NCBI GenBank assembly: GCA_040954595.2
Contig: CM082578.2
Span: 848,731-912,730, forward strand
Direction: 5' to 3'
Length of the DNA: 64,000 nt
Origin: Balanoglossus misakiensis
Taxonomy: Eukaryota; Animalia; Hemichordata
Below are positions 50,263 through 63,300 of this stretch, piece after piece (position 1 is the stretch's first letter; each line of letters begins with the position of its first letter). Both the position numbers and the translations under genes were made by a program. The notes below the pieces were generated by a model. The model saw only the letters and a program-made list of their open reading frames with translations, ran no database searches and was not told the DNA's origin.

Positions 50263-53206
50263 AAGGGCCTCTCTTCAATGTTAGTCATCATACCCTTCCA
50301 CCCTGTGATTTTGATGAACACTTTTCCCCCCAGCTTTATAATTCATTTTGTGTTTCCCATCTAAATGTCAGATCATTAAACAGAAACGTTGATGCCTTAA
50401 AATTACTATATGAAGATATTATCAAGTCCAAATTCGCTATCATTGGAATTTCTGAAGTATGGGACCCAAATAACTTAAGTATTTGTAATATGCAAGATTA
50501 CACATTAGAAGTGAAGTCTCGTGAAGTAGGAAGGGGTGGTGGGGTTGGGGCTTACATACATTCATCAGTAATCTACAAGCTGCTTCGAGCAAGTGTCAGT
50601 CACTCAGAATCACTCTGGATGGAGGTACAGGTTAAAAATACGAAGATAATTATGGGAATAATCTACAGAAAACCTAATACTGATATAACAGAATTTCAAA
50701 TTAGTCTCGTGCAAGTTTTAAATGAGTTCAGATGTGACAAAAATAATTGTATTTTAATGGGCGATTTTAATATTGATACTAACATAAGACTGACCAACCC
50801 CAATATAGATTCATATCTATCCTCCTTGGAATGTATAGGCTTAAGACAGCTGATATCTATCCCAACCAGAGTGACTAGTTCATCTGAAACTTTAATTGAC
50901 CACATCTACACAAAAAATAATCAACGTCCTATTCATGCTGGCACTATAATCACAGATATTTCAGACCATTTCCCTGTGTATACTCTTTTAGAAAATATTC
51001 CTCTAAAATTGCCACAAAAAGAGAAAATTATTTTCAGAAATTTCAAAAACTATAGTCCCTCCCAATTTTACGACGATCTTGAAAACACAACATGGGATTC
51101 TGTGTACCATTCCTCTGATGCTAATGAGGCTTACAACAATTTTTATTCAGTCTTTAATGAAATTTGTGATAAACATGCACCTATTTCTACAAAATCCTAT
51201 AGTACCAAAAAAATAAAAAAACCTTGGATCACCAAATCACTTAGAAAATCTATTAACACCAAACATAGGCTATATAACAAATTATATAAATCAAAATTTA
51301 ATAATGCTGTTGCTGTTGATAATTATAAAAAATATCGAAATATTTTATCGGCTTTACTCAGGAAAGCCAAACAGATGTACTATAGCAATATTTTTATACA
51401 AAATGAAAATAACACTACTGCAATATGGAAAACAATTAGACAGATACTTGGAAGCCAAGGTAATGCCAGTCAATCTCTGCCAGATAATCTGTGTGTTAAG
51501 TCTAATGGTAAGGTACGAACCGTAAATAAGAAAACTGACATTGTCAATGAGCTAAATAACTACTTTGTTGGTATTGGTCCAGACCTTGCTAGTAAAATAA
51601 AGTCTAACAATTGCAACTTCAATAATTACCTCAAGGCACCCATCTCAAACTCAATCTTTCTTGCCCCAACAACTCAGTTTGAAATACAAAAAATTATTTG
51701 TAGCCTAGATCCTTATAAAGCTTGTGGCCAAGATCAAATTCCTGCTGGACTTCTTATAGATGGAGATGCTGTAATATCTAAACCATTAGAATACATATTC
51801 AACCTCTCCTTTCAATAAGGAATATTTCTGAAAGCCCTAAAATCAGCAAAAGTTATACCAAGTTTCAAGAAAGGAACCACTGATGATCCAGGAAATTACA
51901 GACCAATATCAATTTTACCTCTTATAAGCAAAGTCTTAGAAAAAATAGTCAACTCCCATCTTACCAACTTTGTAGAACAATTTAATATTCTATATGAACA
52001 TCCGTATGCCTTTCGACAAAAATATAGTACCAAACTCTCTCTGATCAATCTTGTCAATTATCTCATTAAGCAACTTTATGCTGGCAGAATTACACTTGGC
52101 ATTTTCCTTGACTTTTCAAAAGCCTTTGATACCATTGATCATACAATATTACTATCTAAACTCTCTCACTATGGTATACGTGGACGTCCTCTACAATGGT
52201 TTACAGATTATTTAAAAGATAGATGTTGGTTTTCTCCACATAAATAATATGGTCATAAATGAGGTAGAAGCTGCATCATTTGTTGGCATTCTCATTGACA
52301 GGCATCTTACCTTGTCAAAACATATCCAGATGCTAAACACAATCATCAGAAAGAAAGTTGGCATTCTCTTTAAACTCAGACATTTTGTACCTACCCCTAT
52401 ACTTACCTTACTCTACAAATCACTTATCCAACCACATATAACATACGGCCTCGAAGTATGGGGGTCAACATATCCTTCATATCTCAACCGTATTAAGTTA
52501 TTACAAAAAATGGCAGTAAGAGCAATAACCTTCAGTGTTTTCACAGCTCATTCAACTCCTTTATTCCATAAATTGAAAATCCCTGATATTTTCAAATTAC
52601 ATAAGCTCCAGGTATGCACCTTCATGTATGATCTTGTAAACAATAATCTTCCACAAAGGCTGACAACCTACTGTCAATTACCTCTCCATGATTACAGTAC
52701 ACGCCACAAAAACCAAGGTAATCTCCATATTCCAAGTGTAAATACAACAATGGGCAAATTTGCAATATCTTATAATGGCCCTCTCTTATGGAATTCATTA
52801 CCAGAACAAATAAAAAACAAAAAATCCCAAAAAACTTTCCGGTACTCGCTCAAACAGATGTATTTAGAAAATTAACTATAAATATATACATCTTTATATA
52901 TAGTAGTTTATTTATTAATTCAATGTATTTATTTCATTCAATTTTAGCTACTGTCTATGTACATAATTGCCTTTACAGTGTACATGCCTAATATTGCTTC
53001 TCTCTAGGAAATACACTGCCCTCAAAAAGAAATGTAACTATTTTTTATACCGCAATGTACAGAGGAATGGGAACAGACTTGACGAGCACCTGCTATTTTC
53101 TGTTCCCAATTACCTTTTCATTCAACCTGTCTCACTCATGAGTTATGTAAATACTTTTCAACTTTTCAACAAGGGTAATAAATTGAATTGAAATTGAATT
53201 TAATTG
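50263..53206 (+). mobile_element. LINE copy B: open APE region (526-aa ORF), a stop, then an RT core deletion
   Basis: Near-identical to 38065-41337 but missing ~330 bp (about 40026-40354, including GVPQG and FADD) at ~52225. Confidence 0.92.
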
Positions 53207-54180
53207 AACTCACGTCATCAGAGTAGACAAAGAAAATACGATCACGCAATATTTCAATGATCAAATCTCTCAAACTATAGATTAAAAAGGCTGATTATTC
53301 AGTTCAATGTCATTCTATCACAGTTCTTTTGCGATAGCAGACGATTCAAGAGTCTTCCCTTCTTCATTCCACGAGACCTCTTTTCTTCGTCGCCAGAACT
53401 GCTTCAACTACATGCTTCTGGATTCGACGCCCCTCTGATCAAACAACAGATCCATCGTTGAAAACCCATCCACGCATTCCACGCAGTCAACAGTCAGCAC
53501 CAACCTTTTTTCTGTTCTCGTTTCCTTCTGAAGCAGACCATTGGATCGTCCGTTTCGCCAGCTTTTTTTCTTCTTACTTCTTTCTCGGTTCAGGAATCAG
53601 TGGCAACATCTCTGCCTACCCGGATTCTAACACCATCTTGTTACGGCCGGTCGTCCTCCGGACGTTTACCTCATCAGCTTCTGTGGGGAATCAGCCACGT
53701 CCGAAGGCTGTCGGCGTACATTCTCTCCATCTCCTTCTCCACCCAACATATTCACAGAGTCCGAGAGAGGTACCCGGCAGATCGTAAACCTTTCGTAGAC
53801 AGAGACTTACAACAAGTTTTCCGAGTAACACAAAGTTCTGGTTTATTACTGGTCACACATAAGAATTACACGACTCGATCCATGCTCGTTGACTCCCATC
53901 ACGGATCTCCGGTGATAAACGTGTGATCTCAAATTTCACCACACCTTATTAATACGTTAGTCAAGTATTAAGTCATAAAAGGAACACGTCATCTTAATAT
54001 TTCTTAAACATGAACTTAGCGCGTGATATCTCTATCTCGTTCTGACATGTATCAATTACACAATCTTGTTTACTCTGGGTCAAGTACCTATGTCAATACT
54101 GGACTAAAACCATATAAGTGAATGACTTTTTACGTAATCATAAACAAGATCTATGATCGTTAAAACTCAATCGTGACACT

Positions 54181-54320
54181 TGTATTACCGCTGGTTTCTC
54201 ATGATTGTTCATGCATCGGGGAATCTGTAGCGATGAGGTAACGGGCTCTGACGGGAACTGTGATCCACGGAGACACGGATCTGATTTACGTTCATTTATT
54301 GTCCGGAATTATTATAGTAC
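54181..54320 (-). mobile_element. Possible LTR end abutting the satellite
   Basis: Interrupts the 1.9-kb repeat with TGTA...; on the minus strand it reads AATAAA...~115 nt...TACA. Confidence 0.35.
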
Positions 54321-57300
54321 AGTGTCGTGGCCAGCGTCGTGCCCATCAATTTTGAGTGTTTGGTGGGGTCAACCTTTGCGTCAACATTGATTAACCAGGC
54401 CATGCAGAGTGTCGTGGCCAGCGTCGTGCCCATCAATTTTGAGTGTTTGGTGGGGTCAGCCTTTGCGTCAACATTGATTAACCAGGCCATGCAGAGCTAG
54501 TGGCCAGCGTCGTGCCCATCAATTTTGAGTGTTTGGTGGGGTCAGCCTTTGCGTCAACATTGATTAACCAGGCCATGCAGAGCTAGTGGCCAGTGTCGTG
54601 CCCATCAATTTTGAGTGTTTGGTGGGGTCAGCCTTTGCGTCAACATTGATTAACCAGGCCATGCAGAGCTAGTGGCCAGTGTCGTGCCCATCAATTTTGA
54701 GTGTTTGGTGGGGTCAGCCTTTGCGTCAACATTGATTAACCAGGCCATGCAGAGCTAGTGGCCAGTGTCGTGCCCATCAATTTTGAGTGTTTGGTGGGGT
54801 CAGCCTTTGCGTCAACATTGATTAACCAGGCCATGCAGAGCTAGTGGCCAGTGTCGTGCCCATCAATTTTGAGTGTTTGGTGGGGTCAGCCTTTGCGTCA
54901 ACATTGATTAACCAGGCCATGCAGAGCTAGTGGCCAGTGTCGTGCCCATCAATTTTGAGTGTTTGGTGGGGTCAGCCTTTGCGTCAACATTGATTAACCA
55001 GGCCATGCAGAGCTAGTGGCCAGTGTCGTGCCCATCAATTTTGAGTGTTTGGTGGGGTCAGCCTTTGCGTCAACATTGATTAACCAGGCCATGCAGAGCT
55101 AGTGGCCAGTGTCGTGCCCATCAATTTTGAGTGTTTGGTGGGGTCAGCCTTTGCGTCAACATTGATTAACCAGGCCATGCAGAGCTAGTGGCCAGTGTCG
55201 TGCCCATCAATTTTGAGTGTTTGGTGGGGTCAGCCTTTGCGTCAACATTGATTAACCAGGCCATGCAGAGCTAGTGGCCAGTGTCGTGCCCATCAATTTT
55301 GAGTGTTTGGTGGGGTCAGCCTTTGCGTCAACATTGATTAACCAGGCCATGCAGAGCTAGTGGCCAGTGTCGTGCCCATCAATTTTGAGTGTTTGGTGGG
55401 GTCAGCCTTTGCGTCAACATTGATTAACCAGGCCATGCAGAGCTAGTGGCCAGTGTCGTGCCCATCAATTTTGAGTGTTTGGTGGGGTCAGCCTTTGCGT
55501 CAACATTGATTAACCAGGCCATGCAGAGCTAGTGGCCAGTGTCGTGCCCATCAATTTTGAGTGTTTGGTGGGGTCAGCCTTTGCGTCAACATTGATTAAC
55601 CAGGCCATGCAGAGCTAGTGGCCAGTGTCGTGCCCATCAATTTTGAGTGTTTGGTGGGGTCAGCCTTTGCGTCAACATTGATTAACCAGGCCATGCAGAG
55701 CTAGTGGCCAGTGTCGTGCCCATCAATTTTGAGTGTTTGGTGGGGTCAGCCTTTGCGTCAACATTGATTAACCAGGCCATGCAGAGCTAGTGGCCAGTGT
55801 CGTGCCCATCAATTTTGAGTGTTTGGTGGGGTCAGCCTTTGCGTCAACATTGATTAACCAGGCCATGCAGAGCTAGTGGCCAGTGTCGTGCCCATCAATT
55901 TTGAGTGTTTGGTGGGGTCAGCCTTTGCGTCAACATTGATTAACCAGGCCATGCAGAGCTAGTGGCCAGTGTCGTGCCCATCAATTTTGAGTGTTTGGTG
56001 GGGTCAGCCTTTGCGTCAACATTGATTAACCAGGCCATGCAGAGCTAGTGGCCAGTGTCGTGCCCATCAATTTTGAGTGTTTGGTGGGGTCAGCCTTTGC
56101 GTCAACATTGATTAACCAGGCCATGCAGAGCTAGTGGCCAGTGTCGTGCCCATCAATTTTGAGTGTTTGGTGGGGTCAGCCTTTGCGTCAACATTGATTA
56201 ACCAGGCCATGCAGAGCTAGTGGCCAGTGTCGTGCCCATCAATTTTGAGTGTTTGGTGGGGTCAGCCTTTGCGTCAACATTGATTAACCAGGCCATGCAG
56301 AGCTAGTGGCCAGTGTCGTGCCCATCAATTTTGAGTGTTTGGTGGGGTCAGCCTTTGCGTCAACATTGATTAACCAGGCCATGCAGAGCTAGTGGCCAGT
56401 GTCGTGCCCATCAATTTTGAGTGTTTGGTGGGGTCAGCCTTTGCGTCAACATTGATTAACCAGGCCATGCAGAGCTAGTGGCCAGTGTCGTGCCCATCAA
56501 TTTTGAGTGTTTGGTGGGGTCAGCCTTTGCGTCAACATTGATTAACCAGGCCATGCAGAGCTAGTGGCCAGTGTCGTGCCCATCAATTTTGAGTGTTTGG
56601 TGGGGTCAGCCTTTGCGTCAACATTGATTAACCAGGCCATGCAGAGCTAGTGGCCAGTGTCGTGCCCATCAATTTTGAGTGTTTGGTGGGGTCAGCCTTT
56701 GCGTCAACATTGATTAACCAGGCCATGCAGAGCTAGTGGCCAGTGTCGTGCCCATCAATTTTGAGTGTTTGGTGGGGTCAGCCTTTGCGTCAACATTGAT
56801 TAACCAGGCCATGCAGAGCTAGTGGCCAGTGTCGTGCCCATCAATTTTGAGTGTTTGGTGGGGTCAGCCTTTGCGTCAACATTGATTAACCAGGCCATGC
56901 AGAGCTAGTGGCCAGTGTCGTGCCCATCAATTTTGAGTGTTTGGTGGGGTCAGCCTTTGCGTCAACATTGATTAACCAGGCCATGCAGAGCTAGTGGCCA
57001 GTGTCGTGCCCATCAATTTTGAGTGTTTGGTGGGGTCAGCCTTTGCGTCAACATTGATTAACCAGGCCATGCAGAGCTAGTGGCCAGTGTCGTGCCCATC
57101 AATTTTGAGTGTTTGGTGGGGTCAGCCTTTGCGTCAACATTGATTAACCAGGCCATGCAGAGCTAGTGGCCAGTGTCGTGCCCCTCAATTTTGAGTGTTT
57201 GGTGGGGTCAGCCTTTGCGTCAACATTGATTAACCAGGCCATGCAGAGCTAGTGGCCAGTGTCGTGCCCATCAATTTTGAGTGTTTGGTGGGGTCAGCCT

Positions 57301-60300
57301 TTGCGTCAACATTGATTAACCAGGCCATGCAGAGCTAGTGGCCAGTGTCGTGCCCATCAATTTTGAGTGTTTGGTGGGGTCAGCCTTTGCGTCAACATTG
57401 ATTAACCAGGCCATGCAGAGCTAGTGGCCAGTGTCGTGCCCATCAATTTTGAGTGTTTGGTGGGGTCAGCCTTTGCGTCAACATTGATTAACCAGGCCAT
57501 GCAGAGCTAGTGGCCAGTGTCGTGCCCATCAATTTTGAGTGTTTGGTGGGGTCAGCCTTTGCGTCAACATTGATTAACCAGGCCATGCAGAGCTAGTGGC
57601 CAGTGTCGTGCCCATCAATTTTGAGTGTTTGGTGGGGTCAGCCTTTGCGTCAACATTGATTAACCAGGCCATGCAGAGCTAGTGGCCAGTGTCGTGCCCA
57701 TCAATTTTGAGTGTTTGGTGGGGTCAGCCTTTGCGTCAACATTGATTAACCAGGCCATGCAGAGCTAGTGGCCAGTGTCGTGCCCATCAATTTTGAGTGT
57801 TTGGTGGGGTCAGCCTTTGCGTCAACATTGATTAACCAGGCCATGCAGAGCTAGTGGCCAGTGTCGTGCCCATCAATTTTGAGTGTTTGGTGGGGTCAGC
57901 CTTTGCGTCAACATTGATTAACCAGGCCATGCAGAGCTAGTGGCCAGTGTCGTGCCCATCAATTTTGAGTGTTTTGGTGGGGTCAGCCTTTGCGTCAACA
58001 TTGATTAACCAGGCCATGCAGAGCTAGTGGCCAGTGTCGTGCCCATCAATTTGAGTGTTTGGTGGGGTCAGCCTTTGCGTCAACATTGATTAACCAGGCC
58101 ATGCAGAGCTAGTGGCCAGTGTCGTGCCCATCAATTTTGAGTGTTTGGTGGGGTCAGCCTTTGCGTCAACATTGATTAACCAGTCCATGCAGAGCTAGTG
58201 GCCAGTGTCGTGCCCATCAATTTTGAGTGTTTGGTGGGGTCAGCCTTTGCGTCAACATTGATTAACCAGGCCATGCAGAGCTAGTGGCCAGTGTCGTGCC
58301 CATCAATTTTGAGTGTTTGGTGGGGTCAGCCTTTGCGTCAACATTGATTAACCAGGCCATGCAGAGCTAGTGGCCAGTGTCGTGCCCATCAATTTTGAGT
58401 GTTTGGTGGGGTCAGCCTTTGCGTCAACAATGATTAACCAGGCCATGCAGAGCTAGTGGCCAGTGTCGTGCCCATCAATTTTGAGTGTTTGGTGGGGTCA
58501 GCCTTTGCGTCAACATTGATTAACCAGGCCATGCAGAGCTAGTGGCCAGTGTCGTGCCCATCAATTTTGAGTGTTTGGTGGGGTCAGCCTTTGCGTCAAC
58601 ATTGATTAACCAGGCCATGCAGAGCTAGTGGCCAGTGTCGTGCCCATCAATTTTGAGTGTTTGGTGGGGTCAGCCTTTGCGTCAACATTGATTAACCAGG
58701 CCATGCAGAGCTAGTGGCCAGTGTCGTGCCCATCAATTTTGAGTGTTTGGTGGGGTCAGCCTTTGCGGCAACATTGATTAACCAGGCCATGCAGAGCTAG
58801 TGGCCAGTGTCGTGCCCATCAATTTTGAGTGTTTGGTGGGGTCAGCCTTTGCGGCAACATTGATTAACCAGGCCATGCAGAGCTAGTGGCCAGTGTCGTG
58901 CCCATCAATTTTGAGTGTTTGGTGGGGTCAGCCTTTGCGGCAACATTGATTAACCAGGCCATGCAGAGCTAGTGGCCAGTGTCGTGCCCATCAATTTTGA
59001 GTGTTTGGTGGGGTCAGCCTTTGCGGCAACATTGATTAACCAGGCCATGCAGAGCTAGTGGCCAGTGTCGTGCCCATCAATTTTGAGTGTTTGGTGGGGT
59101 CAGCCTTTGCGGCAACATTGATTAACCAGGCCATGCAGAGCTAGTGGCCAGTGTCGTGCCCATCAATTTTGAGTGTTTGGTGGGGTCAGCCTTTGCGTCA
59201 ACATTGATTACCAGGCCATGCAGAGCTAGTGGCCAGTGTCGTGCCCATCAATTTTGAGTGTTTGGTGGGGTCAGCCTTTGCGTCAACATTGATTAACCAG
59301 GCCATGCAGAGCTAGTGGCCAGTGTCGTGCCCATCAATTTTGAGTGTTTGGTGGGGTCAGCCTTTGCGTCAACATTGATTAACCAGGCCATGCAGAGCTA
59401 GTGGCCAGTGTCGTGCCCATCAATTTTGAGTGTTTGGTGGGGTCAGCCTTTGCGTCAACATTGATTAACCAGGCCATGCAGAGCTAGTGGCCAGTGTCGT
59501 GCCCATCAATTTTGAGTGTTTGGTGGGGTCAGCCTTTGCGTCAACATTGATTAACCAGGCCATGCAGAGCTAGTGGCCAGTGTCGTGCCCATCAATTTTG
59601 AGTGTTTGGTGGGGTCAGCCTTTGCGTCAACATTGATTAACCAGGCCATGCAGAGCTAGTGGCCAGTGTCGTGCCCATCAATTTTGAGTGTTTGGTGGGG
59701 TCAGCCTTTGCGTCAACATTGATTAACCAGGCCATGCAGAGCTAGTGGCCAGTGTCGTGCCCATCAATTTTGAGTGTTTGGTGGGGTCAGCCTTTGCGTC
59801 AACATTGATTAACCAGGGCCATGCAGAGCTAGTGGCCAGTGTCGTGCCATCAATTTTGAGTGTTTGGTGGGTCAGCCTTTGCGTCAACATTGATTAACCA
59901 GGCCATGCAGACTAGTGGCCAGTGTCGTGCCCATCAATTTTGAGTGTTTGGTGGGGTCAGCCTTTGCGTCAACATTGATTAACCAGGCCATGCAGAGCTA
60001 GTGGCCAGTGTCGTGCCCATCAATTTTGAGTGTTTGGTGGGGTCAGCCTTTGCGTCAACATTGATTAACCAGGCCATGCAGAGCTAGTGGCCAGTGTCGT
60101 GCCCATCAATTTTGAGTGTTTGGTGGGGTCAGCCTTTGCGTCAACATTGATTAACCAGGCCATGCAGAGCTAGTGGCCAGTGTCGTGCCCATCAATTTTG
60201 AGTGTTTGGTGGGGTCAGCCTTTGCGTCAACATTGATTAACCAGGCCATGCCAGAGCTAGTGGCCAGTGTCGTGCCCATCAATTTTGAGTGTTTGGTGGG

Positions 60301-63300
60301 GTCAGCCTTTGCGTCAACATTGATTAACCAGGCCATGCAGAGCTAGTGGCCAGTGTCGTGCCCATCAATTTTGAGTGTTTGGTGGGGTCAGCCTTTGCGT
60401 CAACATTGATTAACCAGGCCATGCAGAGCTAGTGGCCAGTGTCGTGCCCATCAATTTTGAGTGTTTGGTGGGGTCAGCCTTTGCGTCAACATTGATTAAC
60501 CAGGCCATGCAGAGCTAGTGGCCAGTGTCGTGCCCATCAATTTTGAGTGTTTGGTGGGGTCAGCCTTTGCGTCAACATTGATTAACCAGGCCATGCAGAG
60601 CTAGTGGCCAGTGTCGTGCCCATCAATTTTGAGTGTTTGGTGGGGTCAGCCTTTGCGTCAACATTGATTAACCAGGCCATGCAGAGCTAGTGGCCAGTGT
60701 CGTGCCCATCAATTTTGAGTGTTTGGTGGGGTCAGCCTTTGCGTCAACATTGATTAACCAGGCCATGCAGAGCTAGTGGCCAGTGTCGTGCCCATCAATT
60801 TTGAGTGTTTGGTGGGGTCAGCCTTTGCGTCAACATTGATTAACCAGGCCATGCAGAGCTAGTGGCCAGTGTCGTGCCCATCAATTTTGAGTGTTTGGTG
60901 GGGTCAGCCTTTGCGTCAACATTGATTAACCAGGCCATGCAGAGCTAGTGGCCAGTGTCGTGCCCATCAATTTTGAGTGTTTGGTGGGGTCAGCCTTTGC
61001 GTCAACATTGATTAACCAGGCCATGCAGAGCTAGTGGCCAGTGTCGTGCCCATCAATTTTGAGTGTTTGGTGGGGTCAGCCTTTGCGTCAACATTGATTA
61101 ACCAGGCCATGCAGAGCTAGTGGCCAGTGTCGTGCCCATCAATTTGAGTGTTTGGTGGGGTCAGCCTTTGCGTCAACATTGATTAACCAGGCCATGCAGA
61201 GCTAGTGGCCAGTGTCGTGCCCATCAATTTTGAGTGTTTGGTGGGGTCAGCCTTTGCGTCAACATTGATTAACCAGGCCATGCAGAGCTAGTGGCCAGTG
61301 TCGTGCCCATCAATTTTGAGTGTTTGGTGGGGTCAGCCTTTGCGTCAACATTGATTAACCAGGCCATGCAGAGCTAGTGGCCAGTGTCGTGCCCATCAAT
61401 TTTGAGTGTTTGGTGGGGTCAGCCTTTGCGTCAACATTGATTAACCAGGCCATGCAGAGCTAGTGGCCAGTGTCGTGCCCATCAATTTTGAGTGTTTGGT
61501 GGGGTCAGCCTTTGCGTCAACATTGATTAACCAGGCCATGCAGAGCTAGTGGCCAGTGTCGTGCCCATCAATTTTGAGTGTTTGGTGGGGTCAGCCTTTG
61601 CGTCAACATTGATTAACCAGGCCATGCAGAGCTAGTGGCCAGTGTCGTGCCCATCAATTTTGAGTGTTTGGTGGGGTCAGCCTTTGCGTCAACATTGATT
61701 AACCAGGCCATGCAGAGCTAGTGGCCAGTGTCGTGCCCATCAATTTTGAGTGTTTGGTGGGGTCAGCCTTTGCGTCAACATTGATTAACCAGGCCATGCA
61801 GAGCTAGTGGCCAGTGTCGTGCCCATCAATTTTGAGTGTTTGGTGGGGTCAGCCTTTGCGTCAACATTGATTAACCAGGCCATGCAGAGCTAGTGGCCAG
61901 TGTCGTGCCCATCAATTTTGAGTGTTTGGTGGGGTCAGCCTTTGCGTCAACATTGATTAACCAGGCCATGCAGAGCTAGTGGCCAGTGTCGTGCCCATCA
62001 ATTTTGAGTGTTTGGTGGGGTCAGCCTTTGCGTCAACATTGATTAACCAGGCCATGCAGAGCTAGTGGCCAGTGTCGTGCCCATCAATTTTGAGTGTTTG
62101 GTGGGGTCAGCCTTTGCGTCAACATTGATTAACCAGGCCATGCAGAGCTAGTGGCCAGTGTCGTGCCCATCAATTTTGAGTGTTTGGTGGGGTCAGCCTT
62201 TGCGTCAACATTGATTAACCAGGCCATGCAGAGCTAGTGGCCAGTGTCGTGCCCATCAATTTTGAGTGTTTGGTGGGGTCAGCCTTTGCGTCAACATTGA
62301 TTAACCAGGCCATGCAGAGCTAGTGGCCAGTGTCGTGCCCATCAATTTTGAGTGTTTGGTGGGGTCAGCCTTTGCGTCAACATTGATTAACCAGGCCATG
62401 CAGAGCTAGTGGCCAGTGTCGTGCCCATCAATTTTGAGTGTTTGGTGGGGTCAGCCTTTGCGTCAACATTGATTAACCAGGCCATGCAGAGCTAGTGGCC
62501 AGTGTCGTGCCCATCAATTTTGAGTGTTTGGTGGGGTCAGCCTTTGCGTCAACATTGATTAACCAGGCCATGCAGAGCTAGTGGCCAGTGTCGTGCCCAT
62601 CAATTTTGAGTGTTTGGTGGGGTCAGCCTTTGCGTCAACATTGATTAACCAGGCCATGCAGAGCTAGTGGCCAGTGTCGTGCCCATCAATTTTGAGTGTT
62701 TGGTGGGTCAGCCTTTGCGTCAACATTGATTAACCAGGCCATGCAGAGCTAGTGGCCAGTGTCGTGCCCATCAATTTTGAGTGTTTGGTGGGGTCAGCCT
62801 TTGCGTCAACATTGATTAACCAGGCCATGCAGAGCTAGTGGCCAGTGTCGTGCCCATCAATTTTGAGTGTTTGGTGGGGTCAGCCTTTGCGTCAACATTG
62901 ATTAACCAGGCCATGCAGAGCTAGTGGCCAGTGTCGTGCCCATCAATTTTGAGTGTTTGGTGGGGTCAGCCTTTGCGTCAACATTGATTAACCAGGCCAT
63001 GCAGAGCTAGTGGCCAGTGTCGTGCCCATCAATTTTGAGTGTTTGGTGGGGTCAGCCTTTGCGTCAACATTGATTAACCAGGCCATGCAGAGCTAGTGGC
63101 CAGTGTCGTGCCCATCAATTTTGAGTGTTTGGTGGGGTCAGCCTTTGCGTCAACATTGATTAACCAGGCCATGCAGAGCTAGTGGCCAGTGTCGTGCCCA
63201 TCAATTTTGAGTGTTTGGTGGGGTCAGCCTTTGCGTCAACATTGATTAACCAGGCCATGCAGAGCTAGTGGCCAGTGTCGTGCCCATCAATTTTGAGTGT

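Larger units (their letters stand above)
41587..53456 (+). repeat. Tandem segmental duplication, copy B
   Basis: Junction ACAGATCCATC|CTGAA joins the end of the unit to its start; carries additional insertions. Confidence 0.92.
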
